DNA of 52,933 nucleotides, the filler included, from Jimgerdemannia flammicorona (taxonomy: Eukaryota), in the NCBI GenBank assembly GCA_003990765.1. It is 2 parts of 2 records of this genome, joined end to end, with 100 filler letters (N's around TTAATTAATTAA, not from the genome) between each part and the next. Parts side by side here need not be neighbours in the genome. Positions count along the whole stretch, not along the records: positions 1 to 26,423 come from RBNJ01000730.1; 1 more part is not named here. One strand, given 5' to 3'. The position numbers and the translations under genes are program-made. The notes beneath the pieces were generated by a model that was not told where the DNA came from, did no database searches, and was given only the letters and a program-made list of their open reading frames with translations. How positions within the stretch are numbered: the stretch's first letter is position 1; each line of letters begins with the position of its first letter. This document shows positions 13,060 to 26,523 of this stretch, piece by piece.

Positions 13060-13420
13060 AGAGAAAATGTAGAGGTGCTCTGCACCTAGCGACTCGCTAG
13101 CGTCCGTTTGGATGGCGGCTCTGTCTGGTCGTATATACTTGCCATAGGGCTAGCCAGGTTGCTCAGAGACCGGATGCTCTGATCCTGACACCTTCTCATG
13201 AACCGCCAGCGCCTGTTCCGGCCTTGTCGTGCTTGCCCTGGCGAAAATAGAGCTCAGAGATGTTGCCCTCTCTGGGTGTCCTGATCTCGTAGACCACCAG
13301 TACAGCGGCTCTGCCTTGTCGTACTTGTGGCTGTGGTAGAGCGAGGCCAGCTTGTTAAGAGATGCGGTGTCTGGATGGTTCCGATCCCAACACGTCCTAC
13401 ATGCTTATTCATCCATCATA
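13060..13420 (-). pseudogene. Degenerate kinesin-light-chain-type TPR repeats (TPR_10/12-like)
   Basis: Minus-strand fragments HPDTASLNKLASLY..KYDKAEPLY, HPERATSL, LYFRQGKHDKA, QALAVHEKVSGSEHP..SLSNLA across frameshifts. Confidence 0.75.
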
Positions 13421-14384
13421 GGTAACGAGGGTTTTCGGCCATCCTGTATCATTGCCATGGTTGTCCCGATGCGCTGTTGCGGACAAGCTCAGTCCTCATC
13501 ACCCATATCTTCCCTTCCAAGCTCGTCGCCAATCAACATCCTCAGTTATCCCGTCCGTATTGCGTCAGGATTTGTGGATGCGACAGGTTGAGGTTTGTAC
13601 AAGAGCGACCCCCTTGCGCAAATAACTATCCATGCTTCTAAATTTGATAACTGATTATCGCCAATCTCCCACCATCTCTCTATTCGGCTCTCACACAACC
13701 TATCGCATCTTTGTCTCCTCCGACCAAATGCTCGTCGTCATCCCTCCTTCCAATTCACCACACCATCTACCAAGGTACACCCTAATCCTCTGCGAATTTA
13801 ACGATCACGATCGGTTGGCATGCTTACCCGTTGACTGCCTGCAAACTATCCCCATATTATGATCGCAGGAACTCGTGCTCCCTTGCAATATTGTGTTTGG
13901 TTATTCATCATGACCGAGATAACTGATTTGCCCATCTCTAAAGTCTGTATAAATTATAGGGCTCAGGCGGGTTTCTTGTGTATATGAATTTATTTTCGAA
14001 ATATGGGCTCAGCGAGAAATATTACCTACAAGCGTATATGTAGGCGTACACTCCACTTACACCAAATACGCGATAAATATTAGCTACTAGCGTATACGCA
14101 GGCTTACACGTCACTTCCACCCAGTACATTTCAGTTATTATGCTAGACGGATTCCAAAGTTCGCACGGATTCCCGATTGGGGATGCTAGCTAGAATGTAC
14201 GGATCTACCTGTAGATATAAGCAGATATTGGTACCATTGTTAATTATTGCATTCCCTCCGAAGATACGTCAATATATATATAGCGAATAACCCACCGTTT
14301 GGATCGATATTCAAACACGCCGACTGCACCTACACAATGATAAAGGATATTAATGAGAGTTCGCCAGTGAATGAAGGCAAGAAA

Positions 14385-14770
14385 TAAACAGGTACGAATG
14401 ACGGCACCGCGAGTAAATGACAAGTTGCGAATGACGGCATGAACTCACACCACGACTGAAGGAGGGAGATGAAGAGTGTGAAAAACAGGACAAACTAGCA
14501 CCGCGCATGAATGGCGGCACAAACCGACACCACGAGAAGGAAATAAAATAATAAGCTGTAAATGACGCCACCACGACTGAACGAATGGGCTGAGTACGAA
14601 ATACGACATAAATCACCATCGCACACAAAACCCTCACTACGCAAATGGCAAATGATGGCAAGGGCCAACAAAGCGCGCGTGAAAGGATTGGAATAATAAA
14701 AAAAAAAAAAAAAATTGCTAATGACACCACAAACCAGCACCGTGCACAAACTGACACCACCGAATGAAAT
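14385..14770 (+). repeat. Degenerate tandem/low-complexity repeats
   Basis: Recurrent aatgacggca / acaaac(c/t)gacaccac / cacgactgaa motifs. Confidence 0.5.
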
Positions 14771-15284
14771 TGAAGGAAGGTGAAAGAGTTAACGACAAAC
14801 CTCAGTCAACATGTTGCAACCGTGAATGGTTGCCCCGGTAGCGCGAGCACACATGCCGATATGTGCATGGTTGCGTCAGGCAGCGTGTTGCTCGGTCCAC
14901 GACCCATTGGCGTTGATGCCATTGTAGGCCCAACAGAGACCGAGGATTCCCACCTTGAGGGCGCGGCAGAAGTTACGAACGACGGTCTCCGGGGGGAGAA
15001 GCGGTAGGAACCGCCGAGTCGATGGCAAATGTTGACGGTGACGTGGTAGAAGCCGATGCTGACGGCGTGGTGGAAGTCGATGGTCGATTATAACATGGAA
15101 GCCTTAATAATAATAAAAAAAAAAGATGTTGAGTTTCTTACGGGCAAACTGAATAGAGAAGTTCGCAATGCTTGGCATTGCTTTCCTTTCCCAAAAGATA
15201 ATTCAGGAAAGGTGAAAATAGAAGTACAAAAAGGTCAATAGAATAGGTGAAAAAGAATAGGGCGGCGTAAGGTGTTGTATTGGA

Positions 15285-15427
15285 ACCCATCACCCATCAA
15301 TACGTCACGTCACCCATCAATACGCCACCCATCAGTACGTCACCCTACGCCACCCATCACATCAATACGTCACCCATTAATACGTCCCCTATCAATACGT
15401 CACCCATCAATACGCCACCCATCAATC
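15285..15427 (+). repeat. Minisatellite, ~15-bp unit CACCCATCAATACGT
   Basis: About 9 imperfect tandem copies visible. Confidence 0.85.
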
Positions 15428-16399
15428 GTCGCTTCCAAGGAAAGCAATAACGCCTCGGTCCATCCATCAACACTGTGCTATCTAACTTGTCCGAAAGAAC
15501 CAACCAGCCTGTCCTTGATTCCAGTAATTCACGAACCAAATCAATCGGTGCATCACCGTCGACCTCGATCATTATCACTATTTGGAGTAGCATCAGTCGG
15601 ATGACCTCAATCTATCTCCGAATATATTAACAAAGGACAATCTGTCAAAGGCTTGCCTTCGGCTCGATGAATCAGGGCCTCCCAGCTATCTTCTGGGTCG
15701 TATATTCTACGCATGCCTCGAAATGTCTTATTGAGTCTCGAAAAATGCCTGGAGATGTATAAAAATCAGAGATCCATGCCGAGAAAAAGAAAGTGATATA
15801 TAAAAAAAAAAAAAAATTTTTTTGGACCTGCTTGACACCCGTAACTATTTTTTTTTAACATCTTTCGGCCATTCTTCAATTTGAAGCGGACACCGCCAGA
15901 AGAGGGTAGCCTTAGTGGCCCACACAAATGAGCCCATCCAAGGCGAATTTCCATGGTGGAACACCTTATTGCGAACCATCTCTTGTCAGTGGCCCACCTC
16001 GCATTGCAGGGAGGGATATTGCTTGCCAAAGGAGTGGTCCGACGACGACTATTCGTTGTTGAGTTGCCGGGTTTGTGCGGGTGTCGAAATACGTACAGCA
16101 TTATGTGCTTAGGTTCCCCAGGGTCTAGAGGAGGTCGGGTTTTGGGAGTTGCAGGAAATGATAAATTTTAGGTGATAGAAGAGCAAAAGGGAAGGATATC
16201 GGAGAAGAGGCCCTTTAAAAGTGCTTGATAACATGAAAAGTGAAAGTTACAATAGATTGGTCACGCTCTACCTGTTCCAAACGCCACCTGAAATGCATAT
16301 TCACCTCAACTATCCCAATATTCTTCACACTTACTTATCAGCTTAACATCTATGGAATTTATTCATAATTGAAAATTGTTCATGAATTGAATGGACGAG

Positions 16400-16741
16400 A
16401 TTGGTGGAACTTCTGCAGGAAATTGGGCTTGTGCAATGAGGTCTTCTAGTTCTTGTGTAAGCTGGTTGAAGTTTCTGGCAGGGCTGCCTGTGTTATCTGG
16501 TTGATCTGGGGATAAGTCTGTTGGTACTGATTGAGGATTCTGTGCTATACTGGCTTCTGGTTGAGATCCTTCTGATACTGGGTAATTGGCAAGTCTTGAG
16601 GTAATTACTTCTCTTCCTGTCCAGATGCTGGTGATGACTGGTTCCCTTGTAGTGGCAGAGATTGGTGTTGTATCAAATGTATCCAGTTTGACTGTGGGTT
16701 CTTGTGAGCTGAAAAGTCATGTTCCCAGTTGAGCCCCCAAA
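16400..16741 (-). mobile_element. LTR retrotransposon 5' internal remnant: tRNA-Pro-like PBS followed by gag-like start
   Basis: On the minus strand, ...TTACA (LTR end at 16742) is followed by ttTGGGGGCTCAACTGGGAAC, which resembles the tRNA-Pro PBS TGGGGGCTCGTCCGGGAT, then ATG and a CpG-depleted decayed ORF. Confidence 0.6.
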
Positions 16742-18369
16742 TGTAATGTGCCAGCTCAATAGAGGCAAATTACAAGGTTGGAGGTTGATGTAGTTTGGCT
16801 TGAGCCCCCAGTTACTTTGTTAAAAAGCAACAAAATGTTCTAAGATTCCTTGTTGGTGTTTAGTGGTATAATAGTCAAATCAGATACAATGGTCGATTCT
16901 GGCAGATTTCCTTTTTGGGACGGGTTTTTGGGTGTAGCGACGATTTGTATGGCGGGTGACGGCAGACGATCTTGTGTAGCGCGAGTGGGTTTCTTTATGC
17001 AATTTCTGCGTGATGATCTTCTGTGTATCGCGACGATCTCTGTGTAGCGCGAGTGGATTTCCTTACGCGATTTCTGCGTAATGATCTTGTTTCCAAAGTA
17101 TGCGTGATGATCTTGGCGGGCTTCCTTATGCGGGTCTTCTAAAAATGGCGGGTGACGCGGGATTCCTTAATAAGCGGCGAGTTACTTGAATAACTCGGTT
17201 GGCGGATAACTCGATAACTCGGATGGCGCGGATAACTTGATAACTCGGATGGCGCAGATTCTTCCTGAATCGGCGGGCTTCTTGAATAATAACTCTTGGA
17301 AAAGTTACGTCAAAGACTGGCTTCGTTTGCGCGGAGTTATGTCAAATGACTGGCTCTACTGTGAAGTTGCATCAAGATAGACTGGCTTTGTGGCAAGAGG
17401 GACTTCAGGCTTATCTGGCAAGTGGACCAAAATGTGGTGATCGGAAAGTGGACTGAAGTGGAAAAGGGAATCAGGCTTACAATCTCCTAGTAGTGGCTGT
17501 AGAGCAGGCATTTCTCCTAAGTGTTGCAATCCAATTCCTTTAGGATCAAGTGGCTTTTGGCAGGTGTATCCCTCAAAGTGTAGTAGGCAGACTTGTCTTT
17601 TGCTTTTCGGTTTAATTTTGGACTGAGGTTTATTCACTCTTGTCTCTGGGGTATTTTATACAAGTTAGTTACTATCTGATTACTATGTGGCTAACTATAG
17701 ATTACTATTTATAGCAGGTGTCCAGTATTCTGAACTGGTACAGTGTACTGGTCTGGTACAGTACACTGGTCCAGTACAGCATACTGGTCTGGTACAGTGC
17801 ACTGGTCCAGTACAGCATACTGGTCTGGTTCAGGTAAATATACTCTTTCTGATATTTCTGACTAATTATCCAAGTTGATACAGTAAAGTAGTCATGATTG
17901 TCTAGTGTATCTGTTATGGTATGCAGCTATTTTATAATTCTGATGATACAATTTCTACTACTTGTTACAATATAAAATACTCCAGAGATATGAGTAAACA
18001 AACCTCAATCTGAAATCTGAGTTAAAAGTAAAAGACAAATCTATCTATAATATATATCAGAAGATATATCTGCCAAGAGCCACTTGATTCAAGAAAAAAA
18101 TTGCAACACTTAGAAGAAACACTCACTCAAAAGCTACTGTTAAGGAGATTGTAAGCTTCTTTCTGATTTCACTCCCCATTTCAAGATATTTCACTTTTGG
18201 TATACTTGCCAGACTGAAGAATTGCCACCAAGTTCTAAAGAGGAACTGCGCCATTTTTGATAAACCATTGAACGTTTTGTTACTTTTTTGACAAAGTAAC
18301 AGGGGGCTCAAGCCAATTCACATAGCTACCCCACCTTGTAATTTGCCTCTATTAAGCCAGCACGTTACA
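16742..18369. mobile_element. ~1.63-kb TGTAA...TTACA-bounded LTR-like/foldback element with long inverted arms
   Basis: 16742-16840 is an inverted copy of 18270-18369; ~17400-17660 is an inverted copy of ~17970-18220; central tandem repeats near 17730-17830. Confidence 0.7.
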
Positions 18370-18439
18370 GTACTCTCGCACTTCGTCTGTACTTCGACAG
18401 CCTCTATTCCCACCAACCGCCAAGTTTTCGCTACGTTTC

Positions 18440-19060
18440 CGGATTAACTTTGATAATGTATATCGTCAAGTGATAAAATATTTCCGTTTATATATGGCTA
18501 GGCATTTATTCTACGCCTGGATACAGTATTGCAGTGCTGTTGTATGTGTGGTACGATCGTACAACACAGACGGTGAGTCCACCAACCGTATTGCTTTGTC
18601 ATTCTCTTTTCGCCTCCCACCCTGTAACACACTCCCAACCCCAGTGATTACAAGACGATGAGACATACGTTCGGGATCTATCGCCGCCTTCTCATGGGTC
18701 CACATTATTTATGTCATTTTCTCTAATCCCAAAATTCCCGAAATTCCTATTTTCCGATTCAGGGTGCGTACCTCTACAAACCTTTGCCAAAGAGTGCGAC
18801 ACCCATCAGCTCGCAATATTGCAGGCATCGTTTAGTTGCAATATTATATACAATTTCGTTGTCTCCCCCTACCATATCATCCTCGTTAACATTCTCGTCC
18901 TCCCGACCTCAGACTGCTTACTACTTGCTCAAAGAACAATTCATAGAGTTAGAACCAATGCCCGAAATGGTGGACGCACCCTCCAGCACGACATAGAATA
19001 TAATTCAATATGATGAGTGGGCTCGTTCGAGACCACAAGTCAATGTATGCAGGAATGTCT
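18440..19060 (+). pseudogene. Inverted 3' half of a GPCR paralog
   Basis: Aligns by eye with the reverse complement of ~22240-22810 (e.g. cagtgctgttgtatgtgtggtacgat; atcgccgccttctcatggg), including intron positions; contains deletions and frameshifts. Confidence 0.75.
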
Positions 19061-19799
19061 CTGGCGCCTTGGTTTCGGCCGCCGAACGCCCGTCTTTGTT
19101 TTGGGCGATTAAATCATGTTTCGTCTGTATATTTCCTTTTTGGGATGTCCTTTCCAGCTTTATCGCTGTAAATCCAGCGCTTCATGTATTATACGCTACG
19201 CGTTGCGCCTCTACGTACATTCGCTTCATGTACATTCGCCTCATGTACATTCGCTATCGCTTTCTCTTCCACCCTCCCTCCTACTCATGTATATTTCAGG
19301 GTCGGTTTTCTTTCTACCGGTTGTCTTCATTGTTTTCCTCTTTCGTACATTATCGCTAGACATTGAGCTGCTTACATAGGCCTTAGGTAATAATGCTTGT
19401 AATGGGGACGCACATGGTAACTAACGATATTTTATCTCAAAACCCAACTTGGTGAGGCTGTACATTGTTTGATCACTATGCGCCACTCACTAAAGGTAGT
19501 TTGCAGGATCAGCCTCACGTATATATATCAAGATAGTAACCAATAGACGGGTTTAGACAATTCGAAATGGGTTGCTCTCGCGGCGGCTGAAAATTTAACA
19601 CTCTGGACAATAAATTTAGGTTCCCTATAGTTATGGAAGTATATATTTATATCCGCCTCGTGGAAATAAGTTTTTTTTTTTTTTTTTTTTTTTTTTTTGG
19701 TGGGGGCGAATTGCGTGAAGGAACGGCGTTTCGATCTTGTAAAAGAAACCCGTAGGGGATCCAGGCTGTTATCCTAGATGGTGTGATGAATGGCGTACG

Positions 19800-20014
19800 T
19801 AGGCGGGGACGTAAATAATTATAAGGAGTTGCCCAGAGGACCGCGTTTTTGACCACGCGATTTCTGGGGTTTTGAGACGATCAATTGAAGCCAAACTAAT
19901 CATATATACTTATATAACAAACAAACCTGGGAACGGGATGCTGACAATAGCAAAAATGACTTCTCCAAACTAAGTAGGAGCATTAAAATAATAATAATAA
20001 TAATAATAATAATG

Positions 20015-20047
<33 letters not shown>

Positions 20048-20650
20048 TGAACATTCAGGAACCGACAATAAACACTCAAGCATCGATGATTCTCACATAA
20101 GCGATACCAATATAAAATCTTTCGCCTCTTTCAAAATGACGCAACAAGTCGTTGACTGTGAAATGACTGGTGGCGCCTAGCCTTCGTGTACAGGTTCCAG
20201 GCGAACTAAGTGGCCATCAGGACACAACTCATATCTCTAAACTCGATCAAAACCGTCTGAAATTGACAGTAGGGCACATTGACGTTTTTGGGATCGTCAC
20301 CCCATGGATCGCTGGAGGATGAGGATGAATCATCAGTTGTATACTGGAAGAGAGTTGAGGTGACCGAAAAATCCTTAGGTGGAACTTGGAAATGAGCATC
20401 CCAAACGTCCCGATGAAAGCCGGGACGAGATTGAGGAGTACGAGTCTTTCTGCCGGGTTTGTCAATTTGCATTTGCAGATGGGAATATATACTATATATG
20501 GCATTGCTGTTTTGGAATGACGAAGACAGTAGGTTCTCCAGGTCCGTCATTTGGAAAGAACGTTTGCCGGCTGGGGATCTCCTGCTTGCATAATTGTTGT
20601 GGAGGCAAAGACTTTTGCAGAGCCGGTGACGCAGTAGAAAACGTCATAAT
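19800..20650 (-). pseudogene. 5' half of a degenerate cAMP-receptor-like GPCR paralog
   Basis: NPAERLVLLNLVPAFIGTFGMLIS and SDPWGDDPKNVNVPYCQFQTVLIEFRDMSCVLM match 22880-23750; disrupted reading frame. Confidence 0.8.
19988..20046 (+). repeat. (AAT)n microsatellite
   Basis: About 19 near-perfect AAT units. Confidence 0.95.
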
Positions 20651-21177
20651 TCGATTATAATAAGGCATACTGAAAACCCGAAATAGTATATTTGGTATAT
20701 ACACTTGGAAAGAAATCAATCGAGCTCCAAAAAAAAAAAAAAATTAATCGAATTCCGAGGGGACGTGGAACCTTGTGGCCAAACAAGCCACTGCGCCGCA
20801 ATCACAAATTCGACTGGACCGCTCTCAGCCACTCTTTCTGAATTCACGATGAGTTGCACATCCTGGGACAGCATCGAATAATGCACGAAGCAGAATATAT
20901 GGACCGCACAGAGGATTTTGAGTTCCGTCAGCATAATGTCTATTGCCACGGTGTTTGGCGTAAGAACTTTCGAAAATCAGGAAGTCGTCAAGACAATGAA
21001 TGCGATAAACCAACAAAGACAACGTGTACTGAAACGTGTTGGGTGGGCCTGAACGCGATATTTCTTGATTGAATTGCCTTTGATGCCGGACTTATATTGT
21101 AAACATTCAATGCGCCTGACATAATCTAATATAACTTTAAGCTGGCAAAAAAAAAAAAAAAAAAAAAAAAAATAATG

Positions 21178-21213
<36 letters not shown>

Positions 21214-22242
21214 ATGATATAATAGATTGAAAAAATACTTTTGTTTAAGTATATATTATTAATTTAAGAGTTTTTGTGGTTTAAAATTCAATATATAAAA
21301 AATATATTATAACCACTTTATTTGCACGATGGACATAGGCATTAACGAGCTAGTATTTTATGGAAAAATAAAAGCGTAAGCCAATATAAATATAGAACAA
21401 GATTTTAAATATATTTTGTCTATTGTAAGTGCACTCTCTGGCCTTTTCTTATGCACGAATTTGCTTATGTAGCGCACAGGACCTTGTTTACGAGACTGTA
21501 AGCAGATGAGATCATTTGAACGCCCCTCCGATGTCCCCGGGTGATAAGATTTATTCTGGATCTCGAAAAGCGGTGCGGAGGATATCGAGGATGTTGAGAG
21601 TAATTCGTGCTGCTATGGGCCAGGGAGTATTGCTTATGTTGTTTTGAGTACGGATAAGATAGTATACAATGAGATAGGATCAGCGATGGCTGAAAAATGG
21701 GAAGAATCATAACATTCCCATTGCTAAGAAGAGTCAGCCTATGCAACGCCATGGTCCCGTCGACGTTGACCTCCGATCATATCACCCTGCTTCCCCATAA
21801 CGAAAACGTTCAGTAGAGCGGCGTTCAGCTTGAAACTCGGGTTCTTCGTTTCTCGCACCGCGCTCAACGTGGGTTACTCGTGACCGAAACAGCACCTTAT
21901 CATTTATTAATCTAATCTTTATATTTTAGGACTTTATTTTACGAAGCATGGATAATATATACTTATGTACAGCTTCAGAATATCCCGCCCAATAGTTTCG
22001 TAATGATGGATTTTCCTGTCCAATAAATAGTCAAGCCACCCTGATAACGCCTATTCCAAATCGTCTAGACCAGAATCTTTGTGATCCTTCGTGCCACAGT
22101 TATCACCTTTCGGGTGAGCGTGGTCAAAAACAAATTTCTCTTATTGTTTTATTAGTTGCATGTGTCCCTATTTCAAGCATTATTAAACCAATGGCCTATG
22201 TAAGCTGCTCTGTCAATTTACAAAAGCAAGTGAAAGCCACTG

Positions 22243-23753
22243 TCATACGCCCAGCTCGAACTGGTCATTGAATTTGAGCACGTAGTACGCGATGGCGAGT
22301 AACACTGGAGTTGGGAGAGCGAGAATGTTAATGAGGATGATGTTGACGAAGAGACATGTTGAAAATGTGTATGATATTTACAGCCACGGCCGCAACCGAA
22401 AATGGCCTGCATTGCTACGAGCGGAACGTTGGTGCACCCGTCATTGGCAAATGTCCAGAACCGGTTTGCAGAGGCAAACGCCCTGAATAGGAAAATAACT
22501 TTCAATTAGGAATTTAGGAATTTCGGTCTTTGGGAAGAAAACGAAATAAACTAACCATCCAACTAGATCAAAGACGAGGATCCATGAGAAGGCGGTGATG
22601 CATCCCAAACGTATATCGTTCAATGCCCTGTATTCACTAGGGTTGGGAGGGGTATTAGAGAGTGCGAAGCGAAAGAGAATGGCAAACGAATATATGGGTG
22701 GACTTACGCAATATGTAACCAGACATCGTACCACGCATACGACAGCACTGTGATACTGATTAACATAACCATCCACATCCAGACGTAAAAAAAAAGCAAT
22801 GCCTAACCATATTAAAACGGAAAAATTTAATCACAGAACGTAACATAACGTAACGCTACGCATGAAGTTTATCCGTACACATAAGGAGCTACCCAGAGGG
22901 GAGCTGTTGTTGCCGACCCAACACCAAAGATTTCTGGGAACTTTAGGTGCGCGAGAGGTTTTGAAATAAGCAAGAATGTTCAATTGAGGCTAAACCAACA
23001 ATGTATACAACAAACCTACCTGCGAATGGGATGCTGACAACACCAAACCCGATTGCTAGAAACTAAACAAGACCCAAAAGAATGAAATTGGTGAACTTTC
23101 AGGAACTTCGGAAATAAACACGCAAGAATAGACGATACTTACATAGGCGAAACCGATATAGAAAATTTCACGCTTTCCAAGAAGATCCGCCAAGCTCTGA
23201 ACTGTAAAACGTTCGTTACGGTCCATCATTCGAAACTTATGGACGATTGTCCACAGGTCCCAGGCGAACCAAGCGCCCATGAAGACACAGCTCATGTCTC
23301 CGGACTCGATTATGACCGTCTGGAATTGGCAGTAGTGTCTATTGACATTCTGGATATCGTTACCCCAGGGATCGCTGGTGGGGGGAATATAAAGCCATCA
23401 GTGATGCACTAATAGAGTTAGAGCGACCGAAACATCCTAAAGTGGAACTTACTTGGCAATGGCCATGCCGATCGATCCGATGAACATCGCGATAAAATTG
23501 AAAAACATGAGTCTTTCTATGGGGTTTTCAAACTGAATTCGGCGGATGAAGCGGTGATGGAATGCATACTATGCATGGGATTGTAAGTTGGAAGTTGTTT
23601 TTGAATGATGAACACAGTAAGTCATTATATAATAGTTCTTACGACAAACACCGCGGCAATGGCCACCATGCTGAGATAGCTGAGACTCTTTTCCAAGGCC
23701 CAAATTATCTGCTTTGTGTCGTTTGAGACACCGGTTTCCCAGGTGCAATCCAT
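22243..23753 (-). CDS. cAMP-receptor-like (Dicty_CAR/Git3-type) 7TM GPCR, about 9 exons
   Basis: Spliced: MDCTWETG..SLSYLSMVAIAAVFV|YAF..NPIERLMFFNFIAMFIG..|YCQFQTVIIESGDMSCVFMGAWFAWDLW..|FLAIGFGVVSIPFA|..NLWCWVG..|FFYVWMW..|..|AFASANRFW..LVAMQAIFG|LLAIAYY..GV*. One apparent +1 frameshift in an A9 run (~22787-22795), which may be an assembly error. Confidence 0.75.
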
Positions 23754-24559
23754 CGTAATTTCAGATTGATGAGAATTTGAATAGAATGGATAGAGCGATT
23801 AAAAGATCGGTTGAATTTGACTAAGTGGTGATCTCGGCGCAGTATCTTGTTTGGTCACAAGATCATCCATCTTAAATTATCGGACACTAAAACATGGAGC
23901 ACAGCATCTCATAATCCTGGTATCATACATTTAAGTACCTGTGTACACCAAGTATGTCATATATGTAACGTGTTACGATGAATAAGGGAATTCGATTGTA
24001 TCAAATACAAATTTCCGGAACGGAACGTGACGTCGTCGCCTATTTGGGATTACTATTACATTAAAAATACAATTATATATTTTTCCCTTACACAAAATCA
24101 ACTTTCAGAATACAGGTTTGGAGTATACTAAATATCTACTATTATAACTAAATAGTATTTGAATTATTTTTTAGAAATTATCAATTTACTATTATAACTG
24201 ACTTATTATATATAATTGAAGATTTATAATTATATAATAAAGAGTAGAATATTTATATTTATAGTAAAATTAATAATTATATTATATAGTCTATATATTA
24301 GTATATATTGTTATATATAGTTGTCTTTTATTATATCTATTATAATTATTATTTAACTAAAATAAATATCTTTTTAAATTATAATTGTAATTTTAAAAGT
24401 TTGAAATATATATATATATATTTATAGTTACTCAGACTTTGACATTTATTACCATACCTATCTAACTCTAATATATATAATACAGTAACTCTACTCTTAA
24501 CCAATCTCTTTAGAGGGACTATTTTTTTTTTTTTTTTTTTTTATAGTCACTTAGACTTC

Positions 24560-26390
24560 ACTAGTCTATTAATAAGTTTACAGTATCTCCTCCCACTATC
24601 TGATCTCTATAGAAGAGCCTCTTCCTACATCATCACAAATAAAGACTATTTTCTCACCCACTACTCCAACTCTTCCCTCACTCTGCCTACAGATTTTCTC
24701 TACTAAACAATACCTTCAACTACCCTGCAACCCCCAACCAAGCCACCAGTCTGTCAGGGTGTCTTTCATAAGTCTATGCCAATGAAACAGCCAGTTCCCT
24801 AAGTCCAGTCTCCTCTCATCCTCAAAAACAAATAACCAGTAACTGGCCAGCCCCACTCAAATCACCAAAATCTAGCCTAAGATAAGCCACTCCTTCTTCA
24901 CCCTCCTCACCAGTCTATTTCTCAAATCCTCTCACTGACTCCATGTGCCATCTCCCCTATACACTACCTCCAAATGATCCCCAATAGTCTACCAAAAGTC
25001 ACTAAGTACCTCACACTCTCCTAGTCAATATTCAGGTATCTGTATATATCTCCCTTTCTGCTCTATATTGTAGCACTCCTTATAGTCAAAGCAGCCCCCC
25101 TTAATAAGGTGACCCAAGTAGAAGTTGAGCATTACATTCTTTCTCAGTATATACTACCAAACCATCCAGTACTTCAGTGGCATCCACCTCCTCACCTCAG
25201 CACTCTAGGCTCAAATGCTATGCCAGTTTCACTCTTCTCCAATATCTACTCCCTGCCATCTGCTAGGTCACAGATTCTGGCCTGGTCTCCTTTGGCATTC
25301 TATTCCATAGCAAATCACCTAAGGATCCTTGTAGAGAGAATCTCATCTCCCACACCTTCTGCATCAGAGGTACTCAGCCCTCTCTCTATAGTTCCACCAC
25401 CCTTTTTAACCACCAAGCTTGCAGACAATGTAGCTGCTTAGGAAGATCTACTAGGCCTAGCCCTCTCTGAACCACCAGTGTTGCCAGAGTGTTCCAACCA
25501 ATCTGGGATTGCCTCTCTGCCCAAATCTAATCCCTAGCCAGTTTCATCAGTCTCTTCACTACCCAAGCCAGAAAGTCCAAATGATAAGCAATATACCATA
25601 GCTTGGGGAACCAATAGATATTCAGGATTGATACCTGGCCTGCTAGGAAGATGTGGTGACCTCCCCAACCTCTTAGAGCCTCTCTCCAAATGGCCACCCT
25701 CTTCTTTCACCACACCCATAGCAAGACTGAACCATATACTGAGAGAAAGATGTCCAGGTACCTCACCACCTCTTCTGTAGGGACAATTGTTCCAATAATA
25801 TCTCCTCCCACTAGACCATTCCCCAGCACTATTGTCTCACACTTATGCCAGTTGAGTTTCACCTTAGAGTGTGCCTCATACCAATCCACTGTCTTCTGAA
25901 GTACTTCTACATCTACTACTGAGCCAAGACCAACTACCATATCATCTGCAAAGGCCCCTACCTTCCACACCACACTATATACCAAGAGCTCTACCACTTT
26001 CTACTGTATCCTATCCATCAAAGGTTCCAATGAAAGAGTATAGAGAATAGGAGATAATGGGTCTCCCTGAGGAACTCCTCTCCCCAAGGTGAATGCCAGA
26101 CTCTGATGACCATTACACATCAGTGCTGCCCTACTACCCTCCAACAGATTCAACATAGATACTTGAAATTATGAGGGAACACTAATTTTATCCAGTACCT
26201 TGCCTAGCCACACTCACCAAACATGGTCATAGGCCTTCTCCTGGTCCAAAAAGACCAGTCTCCCATCCAATCCACAAGCTCTTACTCCTTCAATAATGCC
26301 ATGAACCCAGGCAGTCCCATCTCTGATAAGCCTGCCTCCAACAAAGCCCCACTGCTCCTCTCCAACCAGACCAGTACACTGTATCAGTTC
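24560..26390 (-). mobile_element. L1/Tx1-like non-LTR retrotransposon ORF2 (RT) remnant
   Basis: EQWGFVGGRLIRDG, LVFLDQEKAYDHV, RGVPQGDPLSPILY, GAFADDMVVG; many stops; strongly CpG-depleted. Confidence 0.9.
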
Positions 26391-26423
26391 AGAATACTAT
26401 AAATAGTAATCTATAGTTTTTTT

Positions 26424-26523
26424 NNNNNNNNNNNNNNNNNNNNNNNNNNNNNNNNNNNNNNNNNNNNTTAATTAATTAANNNNNNNNNNNNNNNNNNNNN
26501 NNNNNNNNNNNNNNNNNNNNNNN
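26424..26523. other. Assembly gap / artificial linker (N44-TTAATTAATTAA-N44)
   Basis: Exactly 100 nt; the palindromic core gives stop codons in all six frames. Confidence 0.9.

Noticed and set aside
14770..16170. Coding-like GC-rich stretches
   Set aside because: Multiple stops in all frames and no identifiable family.
21146..21210. Long poly(A) as a retrocopy tail
   Set aside because: No adjacent retro-sequence or TSD identified; 20-30 nt A/T runs occur throughout the window, many in introns.
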